DNA of 64,000 nucleotides, taken from the NCBI GenBank assembly GCA_044376115.1, contig JBILLK010000004.1:406285-470284 (forward strand), in the 5' to 3' direction. The notes beneath the pieces were generated by a model that was not told the origin of the DNA, ran no database searches, and saw nothing but the letters and a program-made list of their open reading frames with translations. Both the position numbers and the translations under genes were made by a program. The stretch comes from Polyangiaceae bacterium. Lineage in GTDB: Bacteria > Myxococcota_A > Polyangia > Polyangiales > Polyangiaceae. Of this stretch, positions 49,349 through 59,921 are shown piece after piece; positions within the stretch are counted from its first letter, which is position 1, and every line of letters begins with the position of its first letter.

Positions 49349-50194
49349 CTACTCTTCGCCGTCCTGCTTTTCGCTACGCTTGCTCGCAGGCGGCACACTC
49401 GCCGGAGGGGAGCTAACCGGCGGAATGCTGTGCCCGGGCGAACGCCTGCTCCACGGTTCATCCTCTTCCTCGATGCGAATCAGCACGGCGGTGATGTTGT
49501 CTTTACCGCCGTTGCGATTCGCGGCGTCCACCAGTCGGTGGCAAGCGTCGGTGAGGACAGCCGATTCAGCGACGATCTTCTGAAGGACGTCATCCTCCAC
49601 GAGACCGTGCAAGCCGTCGGAGCAGAGCAAGAAGACGTCACCGGGAGCAACCTCTACGCTCGTCAGGTCAACGTCGACCGTCGGTGCGATGCCCAAGGCG
49701 CGCGTGATCACGTTGCGCGGCAGATACGCGAGGTCACTCTCGGTGAGTTCCGGCCGCTCCAGCAATGCGTCCGAGAGCAACGAATGATCGCGCGTCAGCT
49801 GCCGGATCGTCCCGGTGCGGAGATGGTAGGCCCGGCTGTCACCTGCATGAGCGACGAACAACTTGCTGGCTGCAGTACTGAAAGCGGCGGCTACAACCGT
49901 CGTTCCCATGCCGCGATGCGCCCGCGAGTCATCCGCGCGTGCAAAGATCTTGGCGTTCGCGTCACACACTGCACCGCGTAGCCTTTCCCCCGTATCGGCA
50001 CCGTTCAACGGCTCCGTACGGAAAAAGTTAGCGATGGTGCTCGCAGCCATTCGGCTCGCGACTTCGCCAGATTGATGTCCACCCATTCCGTCAGCCACGA
50101 CGAATACATTGAACTCCGGCAAGAGGATGAAGCGGTCCTCGTTGTGATTCCGTTCACGCCCAATGTCGGTGAGTCCGGCGGCAATCGCCCGCAT
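49349..50194 (-). CDS. Stp1/IreP-family PP2C Ser/Thr phosphatase
   Basis: TDIGRERNHNED, VADGMGGH, MGTT, GDSR, DHS, NVITRALG, CSDGL and GGKDN motifs. Confidence 0.95.
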   Translation of the reverse strand: MRAIAAGLTDIGRERNHNEDRFILLPEFNVFVVADGMGGHQSGEVASRMAASTIANFFRTEPLNGADTGERLRGAVCDANAKIFARADDSRAHRGMGTTVVAAAFSTAASKLFVAHAGDSRAYHLRTGTIRQLTRDHSLLSDALLERPELTESDLAYLPRNVITRALGIAPTVDVDLTSVEVAPGDVFLLCSDGLHGLVEDDVLQKIVAESAVLTDACHRLVDAANRNGGKDNITAVLIRIEEEDEPWSRRSPGHSIPPVSSPPASVPPASKRSEKQDGEE

Positions 50195-50244
50195 ATCGCG
50201 GGATGCTAGCAACAGGTTCGCCTCAAGTGCTAGCTGATTACTCC

Positions 50245-51078
50245 TCAGCCGAACTGATAACGCGCCGGCTCCTCGCCAAGGACCGAAACAAGCGTCCGCT
50301 TTCGGGACAAAGTCACGAGCGCGTGGCCTCGGGCCGGGCGTCCAGGGGCGTCTTCGTCGAGGTTTTCGACCAGACTCTGCACAGTTAGGTAAGGCACCCC
50401 ATCGATCACCGCCAGGTGATTCCAGTGCAGATGGCCGTTGACCACCAACCGAACGTCGTGCGCTTTGAGAATCTCGCGAATTCGCTTGCGCTCGGCCACA
50501 AGGCAAAGGTGAGGAGCCTTCTCGAACCAGCGGTTACCGCGGAGCACCTGGTCGGCCGCCGAGTGATGCATGATTACGACCTTCGGCTCGGAGCTACTTG
50601 CGAGCTCCGCTACAAACCAGTCGAACTGAGCTTCATCGATGAACACGCGCTCGTCCTTCCGCTCGTGCGTGTGCATGACAAGAAGGTGAAAGCCCTTGCG
50701 ATGGACCGCGTAGTAGAGCGGCGCTTGCTCGGGAGTCGAACGCGCGCCGGACAGCCGCCACAGCCGCGCTAGGGTGTTCGCATCGACGTGCACCGTGTCG
50801 TGGTTTCCGGCCACGTGCAGGACCTCGCCGCGAAACAGTGAGAACTCCCGCATCACGGCGGTTAGCCGCTGCACGTCGAGAGACGCAGACTCGTCTTCGA
50901 TGTCGTCGCCGAGGTTCACCAGCACATCTGGCCCCTGCGCGTTCATCTGCTCAACGACCTCAGCCAACAGCGCCAACGACGTTGCGCTCAGCTTGCGGAG
51001 TTTGCCCTCGAACAGAGCCGCTGGACCGACGTGGATATCTGAAACGAACCCCAGAGTTAGGTCACCATCGTGCAGCAC
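50245..51078 (-). CDS. Metallophosphoesterase (CpdA/Icc-like)
   Basis: SDIH, GDDIED, GNHD, MHH and GHLH motifs. Probable GTG at 51078 just after the bolA stop. Confidence 0.88.
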   Translation of the reverse strand: MLHDGDLTLGFVSDIHVGPAALFEGKLRKLSATSLALLAEVVEQMNAQGPDVLVNLGDDIEDESASLDVQRLTAVMREFSLFRGEVLHVAGNHDTVHVDANTLARLWRLSGARSTPEQAPLYYAVHRKGFHLLVMHTHERKDERVFIDEAQFDWFVAELASSSEPKVVIMHHSAADQVLRGNRWFEKAPHLCLVAERKRIREILKAHDVRLVVNGHLHWNHLAVIDGVPYLTVQSLVENLDEDAPGRPARGHALVTLSRKRTLVSVLGEEPARYQFG

Positions 51079-51080
51079 GG

Positions 51081-51404
51081 CTACCCCGACACCGGCCGCT
51101 TCGCCTTGCTCTCGCACTCAGGAGACGGAAGGACGGTGGGGGCGGCGCTCCACTCTTCTGCGGTGAACATTGATGAAGTGAGGGCGTGAAGCCCGCTCTT
51201 CAACTCGGACTCGAGCACCGTGTGAACGAGGCGATGACGCGCAACTCGGTTCAAGCCCTGAAAAGCATCGCTGACCACGACAATCTTGAAATGCGTTTCG
51301 GACCCCGGCTTCACCGAGTGGTTGTGGCTCTCGTTCTGAATCTCCAAGTGGCGTGGCGCCAGCTTGCCCCGCAGCAGCTCCTCAATTCGCCGTTCTCTGA
51401 GCAT
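51081..51404 (-). CDS. bolA: BolA family protein
   Basis: NESHNH..GSETHFKIVVVSDAF.GLNRVARHRLV...LHAL. Confidence 0.93.
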   Translation of the reverse strand: MLRERRIEELLRGKLAPRHLEIQNESHNHSVKPGSETHFKIVVVSDAFQGLNRVARHRLVHTVLESELKSGLHALTSSMFTAEEWSAAPTVLPSPECESKAKRPVSG

Positions 51405-51658
51405 GCAGAACCCTAGAACATCCTGCTGACGATGGCACGAATCCCCGCCGCCGAGACACGTTCAACGTTGCAATGCCGCTCCGTGTCTCTCACATTTGAA
51501 ACGGCTGGAGAGGCGAGCCCGATCCGCCTGGTTGACTAAGATCCACTTGGTCGAAGTCTGCGGCTTTGAAATCCTTCACGATCCTGTCATTAAGTTGACA
51601 CGCGAAACGACCGCCCAGTCCCGAACACCCGTGGCCCGTATCCTGCATAGTAGGTGGC

Positions 51659-51865
51659 ATGAAGTTGGGCATGTTCACGTTGTGGAGCGATTCGGCCTGG
51701 TCTCCGGTTGTTCCGACAGGGAGCCCCTACCCCGCAGGGCCGATGTCGGCCGCGTGGCTCGATCGACCCGTCGCGAAGGCGCCCTCCGACGTTGCGAGCA
51801 AGCCGGTCAAAGCGGCTCGCCCCCGCAAGCCGGTCGTGATTGAGGACGAAGCGACCGCCGGCTAG
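51659..51865 (+). CDS. Small hypothetical protein (68 aa)
   Basis: Isolated ORF with AGGTGG upstream and a strong hairpin directly downstream. Confidence 0.45.
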   Translation: MKLGMFTLWSDSAWSPVVPTGSPYPAGPMSAAWLDRPVAKAPSDVASKPVKAARPRKPVVIEDEATAG

Positions 51866-51878
51866 TCGTCAGCGACAA

Positions 51879-51925
51879 GACGCACGAAAGCCCGGACCCT
51901 TGTGGGGTTCGGGCTTTCGTGCGTC
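51879..51925. terminator. Long hairpin between convergent genes (putative bidirectional terminator)
   Basis: GACGCACGAAAGCCC...GGGCTTTCGTGCGTC is a perfect 15-bp inverted repeat. Confidence 0.75.
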
Positions 51926-51964
51926 CAACCGTCGATGTCGGGAGCGACACCGACAGCTTGGCCG

Positions 51965-52354
51965 TCACTCCTCCTCGGTCTTGTCCTTGATCTTGCGACC
52001 TTCGGGCTCCTCGGCGACCGGCTCCTCGGGCTCCTCGGCCTTGCAGCGATACTCGACACGCCACTCGGTTTTCTGGGTGGTTTCGGTCGTGCTCGAACCG
52101 AAGGTCATCGACCCCTTGCGCTTGGTCCCCGACTGGCTCTGGCTGATTTCGCCGATCGCAACCTCGCCTTCTTTCACGATCTTAACGGGCCCGCCGCAGT
52201 GCGACTCCATTTGCGGGCGCACTTCCATCATCGCCTCAGCCGGATCACCAAGCAGCGCATAGGTACCGCCTTCAGGGGTGCGTTCAACCAACCGGTACGC
52301 CACGCAGCCGTTTGCAGCCACAAGCAGAGTCAAGCAAGCCAGTGCACGTTTCAT
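51965..52354 (-). CDS. Small lipoprotein
   Basis: AAAGGAG SD and an MKRALACLTLLVAANGC lipobox. Confidence 0.8.
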   Translation of the reverse strand: MKRALACLTLLVAANGCVAYRLVERTPEGGTYALLGDPAEAMMEVRPQMESHCGGPVKIVKEGEVAIGEISQSQSGTKRKGSMTFGSSTTETTQKTEWRVEYRCKAEEPEEPVAEEPEGRKIKDKTEEE

Positions 52355-52498
52355 TCGTTCTCCTTTCAATCGAGCCCTAGTGTGTACGCTTTCGCCACAC
52401 AATCTTCCCCATCCCCAGTAGGGCGAGCAGGATTGCGTCGCACTCGCGTCGCCGTCATATCCGATCAAGCAGGCACGTTGCTACGCGGTTCGTCGAGG

Positions 52499-53179
52499 CT
52501 AACGCAACGAGCTTTCGAACAGCTTCATCAGCCGCGGAGTCTCCTTGATCAACATAGCCAGATCAATTGAACGCTTTTTGCGCACGACAAACCCAAGCAG
52601 GTGCTCGTCGCGCCGCCACAAGACCAAAACGGCCTCCTCCTTGATCACGGAGTCGGTGGTCATCGAGTCGAGCTTCTTGAAGCCGACCGTTACCCCGTCC
52701 ACCACCTCGACCGTCGGCATCGACGCGATTGCCTTGTCGGCATCGCCACGATTCGAAACAGGTGCGTAGATCGGCTCAATCGCCGTCTCGTCGTCAACTG
52801 CGCTGTTCAGCACGGTCGCGACCTCGACGACCACCGGAGCGACGCGCGCCCCACGCGCAACCATAGCCTCAGCGCTGGTGCCATCCTTCGACGCCGCGGT
52901 GAGAGCAGTCTTCACCGCGTTGCTCAGGGAACCGTCGGTCGCCAGCCCGAACACCGTGCGCTTGAGCTCGACCGCTTCAGACGCAAGGCGCTGCTTTGCC
53001 GCAGACGACGCGTCTCGGCCGAACTCGGTCGCACGTTTCTGCGCCGCACTCTTTGCCGCACTCTTTGCCGCACTCGCTTCCGCGGTCGCCTTGAGCGCCG
53101 CACTCGAAGCGAGATCACTCGCAACATCCTTCGCGCTGCACCCCCAAAGGATCAGGGCGCACACTGACAGTTGCCTCAC
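52499..53179 (-). CDS. Hypothetical lipoprotein
   Basis: GTGA-coupled start at 53179 and lipobox LWGC. A 12-nt repeat encodes SAAK units. Confidence 0.7.
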   Translation of the reverse strand: MRQLSVCALILWGCSAKDVASDLASSAALKATAEASAAKSAAKSAAQKRATEFGRDASSAAKQRLASEAVELKRTVFGLATDGSLSNAVKTALTAASKDGTSAEAMVARGARVAPVVVEVATVLNSAVDDETAIEPIYAPVSNRGDADKAIASMPTVEVVDGVTVGFKKLDSMTTDSVIKEEAVLVLWRRDEHLLGFVVRKKRSIDLAMLIKETPRLMKLFESSLR

Positions 53180-53751
53180 GGCGGGGTGGGTGCCTCGGGC
53201 GTTCCCGATTCCTCCTCGCCCTTGTCCCAATCACCGCCCGAGAAGTCGGTCGGCGCGGTGCCACCGATCGACGAAGGGTCAGCGTTCACGTTGCGCTGCT
53301 TGACCGTGTTCACCTTCTCGCCGACTTCATCCTGGCCCCGGCCGAACTCACCGTCCATCTTGTCGTCGACGTTCTCGCCAGCGGGGCGCGTGTAAACGAG
53401 GTAGCCCTTACCGCTGCGCTCGGCGTTGGCGCCCACCGCGCCGCGTGTGTACTCGGTCCAGGTAAAGCGAAGCACATTGCCGGTGACGTCACCGTGCAAC
53501 TCACCCCAACGGTCCTTCTGCGGTCGCTCCCACTTTCCGTTTACCCGCTTGCCCTCCTGAACGAGATGGAAGTTGCCGTAGACCGCATCGAAGTAGACGC
53601 CAGTCCATTCGGCGCTCTCCGGCATGTCGCCCGGAGTGACCGTCGCCACCTTCGGAGCCGCTGCCCCGCTGCAGCCAACGCTGCCTCCAAGAACGCTGAG
53701 GCCGATGAGGCCGAGACTCACCCAAAAGACCGACGTGCGACGCGAAATCAT
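53176..53751 (-). CDS. Hypothetical lipoprotein
   Basis: Signal peptide ending VGC and a WTGVYF beta-rich domain. Confidence 0.75.
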   Translation of the reverse strand: MISRRTSVFWVSLGLIGLSVLGGSVGCSGAAAPKVATVTPGDMPESAEWTGVYFDAVYGNFHLVQEGKRVNGKWERPQKDRWGELHGDVTGNVLRFTWTEYTRGAVGANAERSGKGYLVYTRPAGENVDDKMDGEFGRGQDEVGEKVNTVKQRNVNADPSSIGGTAPTDFSGGDWDKGEEESGTPEAPTPP

Positions 53752-54039
53752 GGGCGCAGACTATGCCACCGACGGTGGCGGCAGCAAACAGAATGACTGG
53801 GGCCACCAACGCTCCGCGCCCCAAAGAACAAGCGTTGGTAAGGGAGGTCGCTCGTGAGCGCTACTGGGGCCCAAGCTACGAGAGCCCAATTTGAGCCCCA
53901 TTCTGTGCTCCTTCAAGATTTGTGGACGAACCTGTGCGGCGAACTTGCCGATCCGCAGCAGCTTTGGCCTACAATCGCCTAAACCGAGAAAGGCAACCTC
54001 AACAGCCCCATCGGTCGAACCCCCGGTTCGGACAACCTC

Positions 54040-54366
54040 GTGGCAAGCGTCATCGACTCCCAAGGCAACATCGAGAGCATCTGCTCGGCGCTCGCAGTTC
54101 GAGCGGCGGATACGGTCACTCTCACCTTCCGGACTCTCGAGGAGTCGGACCCGCCGTACACGGTGAAGATCACCTCCCCGACTGGCAAGGTCGTGCTCGA
54201 GAGGGTGCTGCGCGAGCTACCCGACGGGAAGCCGCAGAGCGCGCCGCCGGTTCAATTCAAGCCGTTGGATACTGGAGACTACCGGGTCGATATCTGGCAG
54301 CTCTATGGCAAAGCGCGCGGGCATGCCTTCCTGCACGTGACCGAGCTCGGCAGCGGCGACGAGTAG
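54040..54366 (+). CDS. Hypothetical protein
   Basis: GTG start with an in-frame stop upstream at 53980. Beta-sandwich-like composition. Confidence 0.6.
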   Translation: MASVIDSQGNIESICSALAVRAADTVTLTFRTLEESDPPYTVKITSPTGKVVLERVLRELPDGKPQSAPPVQFKPLDTGDYRVDIWQLYGKARGHAFLHVTELGSGDE

Positions 54367-54528
54367 ACGAGTAGCTGCCAGCACTCGCGCAGGTTCTTGG
54401 AACAACCTGGGCACAGCGAACGTCACACATTCCAGCCCCGATGCTACGTAGGAGCTGTCCGCAGCAACTGCGTCCTTGCACACAAAGTCGCGTTGGCACG
54501 CGGCTGGAAAGACTGTTAGACCGTTCCC

Positions 54529-55511
<983 letters not shown>

Positions 55512-55515
<4 letters not shown>

Positions 55516-56462
55516 GCGGGAAACGTCCGCCGGTCGAAGGTCGAGAGGGAGCAACGGGGGCTCAGCGAGCGAGCGGCAACGCGATCCCGCAGGAGCTACT
55601 GCGCGACCTTTTGCGGCTCAAGTTCCGCACTAAGCACTTGGTGAGCGACCAGCTGCAGGGCGCCTACACCTCGATCTTTCGAGGCCAGGGTCTCTCCTTC
55701 AGCGAGGTCCGCGGCTATCAGCCTGGCGACGACGTTCGCTGGATCGATTGGAACGTCTCAGCCCGTATGAGCGACGCCTTCGTCAAGGTGTTCGTGGAAG
55801 AGCGAGAGCTCACCGTAATGATCGTGGTGGACCTCTCTCAGAGCACCGCGTTCGGCACCCGACGTGCGGCCAAGGCGTGGGTCGCCGCTGAAGTTGCGGC
55901 CCTCTGCGCGTTCAGCGCCACCAACAACAATGACCAAGTCGGGTTGATCCTCGCAACCGACGTCGTTGAGAAGATCCTACCCCCCAAGAAAGGCGAGAAG
56001 CAGGTGATGCGGGTGGTGCGCGAGATCATCGGCCACAAGCCGCAGTATCAAGGCACCAACCTCAAGCTCGCCCTCGAGACCCTGGTACAGGTCACCAAGC
56101 GCCGTAGCGTCGCGTTCCTGATTAGCGACTTCTTCGCTGGCGGCTTCGAGCGTGCGCTCGCCCTGGCTTCAGCCAAACATGACGTGATTCCGGTGATGAT
56201 CGTCGATCCGCGCGACGAGGAGCTACCCGACGTGGGCTTGGCCTCGTTCCAAGATCTAGAGACGGGAGAGGAGGTCTTGGTGGACACCTCCAGCAAACGT
56301 GTTCGCCAGCACTACCAAGACACCATGCGCGGCTTTCGCCAGGAGCGTGAACGTCTCTTCAAACGGCTAGCGCTCGATGTTGCCGTCGTGCGCACCGAAG
56401 AGAGCGTGGTTGGTCCGCTGCGTAAGCTGTTCGAGCGGCGAGCAAAGCGGAGGCGCCGATGA
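55512..56462 (+). CDS. DUF58 domain protein
   Basis: G.SFSEVRGYQPGDDVRWIDWNVSAR, FVEERE, DLSQS and ISDF motifs. Confidence 0.93.
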
Positions 56463-57664
56463 AGCGCCGACTTGCGCTGGGTCTCGCGTTGGCGGCTCTC
56501 GCACAGGTCCCGTGCAGTTCCGCACAAGCCGACCAGACGGCCCCAAAAGAGATCACCTGCCTTGAGAAGATCCCCCAGGGCGCCAAGCGACCCACGGTGG
56601 AGGAGAAGTTCCCTGGCGAGGTCATCGCAGGCTACGAGGCCTCGCTCGACCTCGAGATCAAACACGGCAAAGGGGAAACGCCGCTCGCCAGCGGCTTTCG
56701 TATCGCCTCCGGTTCAGAAGCAGAAAAGGCGCTCAAGTCTCACGGCTTTCTGATCGCCGAGCCCGACGCTGGCGGTGAGTTCTCAATCACGACGGAAACC
56801 GACGGCGACAAAGCTCTGTCCAAGGTCCGCATCCCGGTGATCGTCGCGCCCACCCAATCGGGGACGCGCAGCATGATCCTTCCGCAGCTACCGATATCGG
56901 TGTCGCGCGCCAACGGCGAAACCATGACCTTTTGCACGAGGGTGCACTTGGTAACCGTGACCGATCCAACCGCTGGGGAGGAGGATCCCAAGCCGCACCC
57001 CAACCCTCCCGCGCGCGCCCAGATCGAACCGTGGCCGATGATGTGGTGGATCCTCGCGGGGGTGGTGTTGGCGCTGCTGGTGATCGGCTTGCTCATTCGC
57101 TACATCCGCAAACAGATGGCGCTCGCGGCGCCAGGCCTCGAGAAACAGAAGCGGCTACCGTGGGAAGAAGCGCTGCTCGAGCTCGAGGCTCTCAAGGCCT
57201 CCCCGCTGTACGACTCGCGCAGCGGAGCCGGCGCGATCCGCGCTGAACTCTTCGACCGTATCAGCGATACCGTTCGCAAATATCTCGGCGCGCGCTACGG
57301 CTTTGATGGGCTGGGCTTTGACGGCTTGGAGACCACCACGAACGAAATGATGACGCTGCTTGGACGCGTTCGTCCGGGGATCCCCCGAGTCGACTTGATT
57401 CAAACCTTCCTTGGCGAATGTGACCTGGTGAAGTTCGCCCGAGTCGAGCCGGCGATCGATGATTGCGACCAGGCTTTGTCGCGAGCAGTCAGCATCGTGC
57501 AGGCAACCACACCGTTGCCGGGGCTCGGTTCCCCCTCCCCCGAGGAGCCGCCGCGGGCTCCCCCACCCGCACCGCCACCAGCTCGGCCACTCGCGCCGAT
57601 GCCGCCGGCTTTCTCACAAGAGCCGCCCGCGGGCGACTCACCCAGCCAAGGAGGTGCGCCATGA
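56459..57664 (+). CDS. Bat-operon membrane protein (DUF4381-like)
   Basis: Signal peptide, single TM segment, RKYLGARYG...TT.E...DLVKFA and a Pro-rich tail. Position in the operon fits. Confidence 0.75.
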   Translation: MKRRLALGLALAALAQVPCSSAQADQTAPKEITCLEKIPQGAKRPTVEEKFPGEVIAGYEASLDLEIKHGKGETPLASGFRIASGSEAEKALKSHGFLIAEPDAGGEFSITTETDGDKALSKVRIPVIVAPTQSGTRSMILPQLPISVSRANGETMTFCTRVHLVTVTDPTAGEEDPKPHPNPPARAQIEPWPMMWWILAGVVLALLVIGLLIRYIRKQMALAAPGLEKQKRLPWEEALLELEALKASPLYDSRSGAGAIRAELFDRISDTVRKYLGARYGFDGLGFDGLETTTNEMMTLLGRVRPGIPRVDLIQTFLGECDLVKFARVEPAIDDCDQALSRAVSIVQATTPLPGLGSPSPEEPPRAPPPAPPPARPLAPMPPAFSQEPPAGDSPSQGGAP

Positions 57665-58806
57665 AGGTCGTGTGGCGTCTGCTGGGTATCACGCTGGGGT
57701 TCGTGCTGTTCGTCGGCTTGGGAGCGCTCTACCCGTATCTGCTACGCGGTGAAGATCTCGAGAGCGCGATCATCCAGCGGCCACTGTTCGCGTATCTGCT
57801 GCCGCTGTGCTTGTTGGTCCTGTACGGCTCGACGTTTCTTCAGCATGCCTTTCGCCCGCATCTGCAGCTCGGCACCGTCTTTCCTTTGGTGCGAGGACCA
57901 CGCGGCTTCCGCGCCTACTTGAAGGACCTCCCCGGCGTGATTCGGGCGGCAGCGCTGCTGTTTTTGATCCTCGCGATGTGCCGGCCGATCAACGTCAAGA
58001 AGGACGAACGCGGCACCGACAAAGGCATCGACATCGTCCTGGTGATGGACCTCTCCGGCTCGATGCGAGCGATCTTGGATGGTAAGGCGGAGGACCTTCC
58101 GGGTGCACCGGAGCTGAGCTCCAAGGAGCGATTGACGCGGTTGGAGACGGCCAAAGTCGTGGTCAAAGACTTCATCTCGCGCCGCAAAAGCGACCGCATC
58201 GGAGTGGTCGTATTCGCTCGCAAGTCGTACATCCTGTCTCCCCCTACCCTCGACTACGCGCTCATCAGCAAGCTCGTATCCAAGCTCAGTTTGCGGGTGA
58301 TCGATGACTCGGGTACGGGCATCGGGGACGCGCTGGCAACCGCGATCGCGCGCATGCGCAACAGCGACGCGCAGTCGAAGGTCGTGATCCTGCTCACCGA
58401 CGGCGACAACAACGCCGGCGAGGTCTCGCCGATGTACGCGGCGCAGCTCGCCAAGGACAAGAACACCAAGATCTACACCATCCAAATTGGCGGTAGCGCC
58501 GAGGCGGAGGTCGAGGCCGGGGTGGACGCGTTCGGCAACAAGCAATACGTACCGCAGCGTTTTCCGGTCAATCCCGAGCTACTGCGCCAAATCGCCGAGG
58601 CGACCGAGGGCGAGGCCTTCGTGGCAACCGACGGAAAGGGCCTCGCCGATAGCATGCACACCATTCTGGACCGGCTCGAGAAGACCACCTTCGAGGCGCC
58701 GCGACAGTCGTTCGAGGAGCTGTTCCCCTGGCTGCTGCTGCCCGGTGTTGGCCTGCTCGCGCTCGAGCTCTTGATTCGTGTACTGCTGCTACGGAGGTTC
58801 CCATGA
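57661..58806 (+). CDS. batA: BatA-like VWA domain protein
   Basis: ATG at 57661. GIDIVLVMDLSGSM MIDAS, DRIGVVVF, TGIGDAL and ILLTDGDNNAG motifs. Confidence 0.88.
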   Translation: MKVVWRLLGITLGFVLFVGLGALYPYLLRGEDLESAIIQRPLFAYLLPLCLLVLYGSTFLQHAFRPHLQLGTVFPLVRGPRGFRAYLKDLPGVIRAAALLFLILAMCRPINVKKDERGTDKGIDIVLVMDLSGSMRAILDGKAEDLPGAPELSSKERLTRLETAKVVVKDFISRRKSDRIGVVVFARKSYILSPPTLDYALISKLVSKLSLRVIDDSGTGIGDALATAIARMRNSDAQSKVVILLTDGDNNAGEVSPMYAAQLAKDKNTKIYTIQIGGSAEAEVEAGVDAFGNKQYVPQRFPVNPELLRQIAEATEGEAFVATDGKGLADSMHTILDRLEKTTFEAPRQSFEELFPWLLLPGVGLLALELLIRVLLLRRFP

Positions 58807-59921
58807 TCGATTCGTTGCTGGCGACCCTGCGTCGGCACTTCGGCGATCCGATCATGCTGCTCGGTACGCTGGTTGCGCTTCTGTTCGGCGCGTTCCTTTT
58901 GTTCGGTGCATTTCGAGCGTCTCGCGCCCGCAAACGCTTTGGAGACGAGAACCGCGTCCAAGCCTTGATGACGCACGACCCGTCGACGCGACGCGCGTAC
59001 AAGGGCGTCTTTCTCGTGCTCGCAGCCGCCGCGACCTTCGTCGCTGCAGCACGTCCGCACTATGGCAAAGAGAAGCAACTCGTACCGGCCACCAAGGTCG
59101 ACATCATCATCGCTCTCGACTTCTCCAAGAGCATGTACGCCCGTGACATCGATCCGTCGCGGATTGTGCGCGCCAAGGCTGAGGTGGGGGAGCTGATCCA
59201 ATCGATGCCCGGAGCGCGCTTCGGCGCGGTCGCCTTCGCCGGCGAAGCGATGGGTTTCCCGGTGACAGAAGACGGTGCGGCCGTTGCTCAGTTCTTTCGT
59301 GGCCTGGAACCAAACGACATGCCCGTCGGTGGCACGAGCCTCTCGCGTGCGCTCGAACTAGCCCGTGAGCTCTTGCGCAAAGATCCAAAGTCGAAGGAGC
59401 ACCGGCGCTTCGTTGTTCTGATCACCGACGGTGAAGATCTCGAGGGCTCGCCGCGCTCGATCGCCAACTCGCTGGGAGACGACGAGACCACCATTCACGT
59501 GGTGCAAATTGGCGGACGTACGCCCGAGCGTATCCCCGACATCGGGCCCGACGGCGAGATGCGAGGCTGGCGAAAAAACGAGGCCGGCTTCATGACGACC
59601 GAGCTCTCGGCGCGCGGCGAGGCCCAGCTCGACAACATCGCGAAGGCTACGCCAGGCGGTCGCGTCGTACGTGCGGAAGGCGGTCGTACTGGGATTGAGG
59701 AGCTCACCAAGGAGCTGAAGACCTCGATGCAAACGGGCGAATACACCGAACACTACGTCGACGTTTTTGCCGACGTGTACGAGTACCCGCTCGGCCTTGC
59801 GATCTTTCTTCTGTTGCTCGAAGCGGCGATCTCGGACGCCCCAAGGCGCAAATTCATCAAGAAGGTACCCCCTGCGCCAAGGCAACGCAGGGGCCTCGTA
59901 CGAGGAGCAGGGCATGCGTAA
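58803..59921 (+). CDS. batB: BatB-like VWA domain protein
   Basis: ALDFSKSMYARDIDPSR, FAGEA...PVTED and ITDGED motifs. Confidence 0.88.
   Translation: MIDSLLATLRRHFGDPIMLLGTLVALLFGAFLLFGAFRASRARKRFGDENRVQALMTHDPSTRRAYKGVFLVLAAAATFVAAARPHYGKEKQLVPATKVDIIIALDFSKSMYARDIDPSRIVRAKAEVGELIQSMPGARFGAVAFAGEAMGFPVTEDGAAVAQFFRGLEPNDMPVGGTSLSRALELARELLRKDPKSKEHRRFVVLITDGEDLEGSPRSIANSLGDDETTIHVVQIGGRTPERIPDIGPDGEMRGWRKNEAGFMTTELSARGEAQLDNIAKATPGGRVVRAEGGRTGIEELTKELKTSMQTGEYTEHYVDVFADVYEYPLGLAIFLLLLEAAISDAPRRKFIKKVPPAPRQRRGLVRGAGHA

Noticed and set aside
53043..53075. 12-nt tandem repeat
   Set aside because: In-frame coding repeat (SAAK) of no evident significance.
54495..54510. TGGCACG upstream of moxR (similar at 51433) as a sigma54 promoter
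   Set aside because: No correctly spaced TTGC/-12 element.
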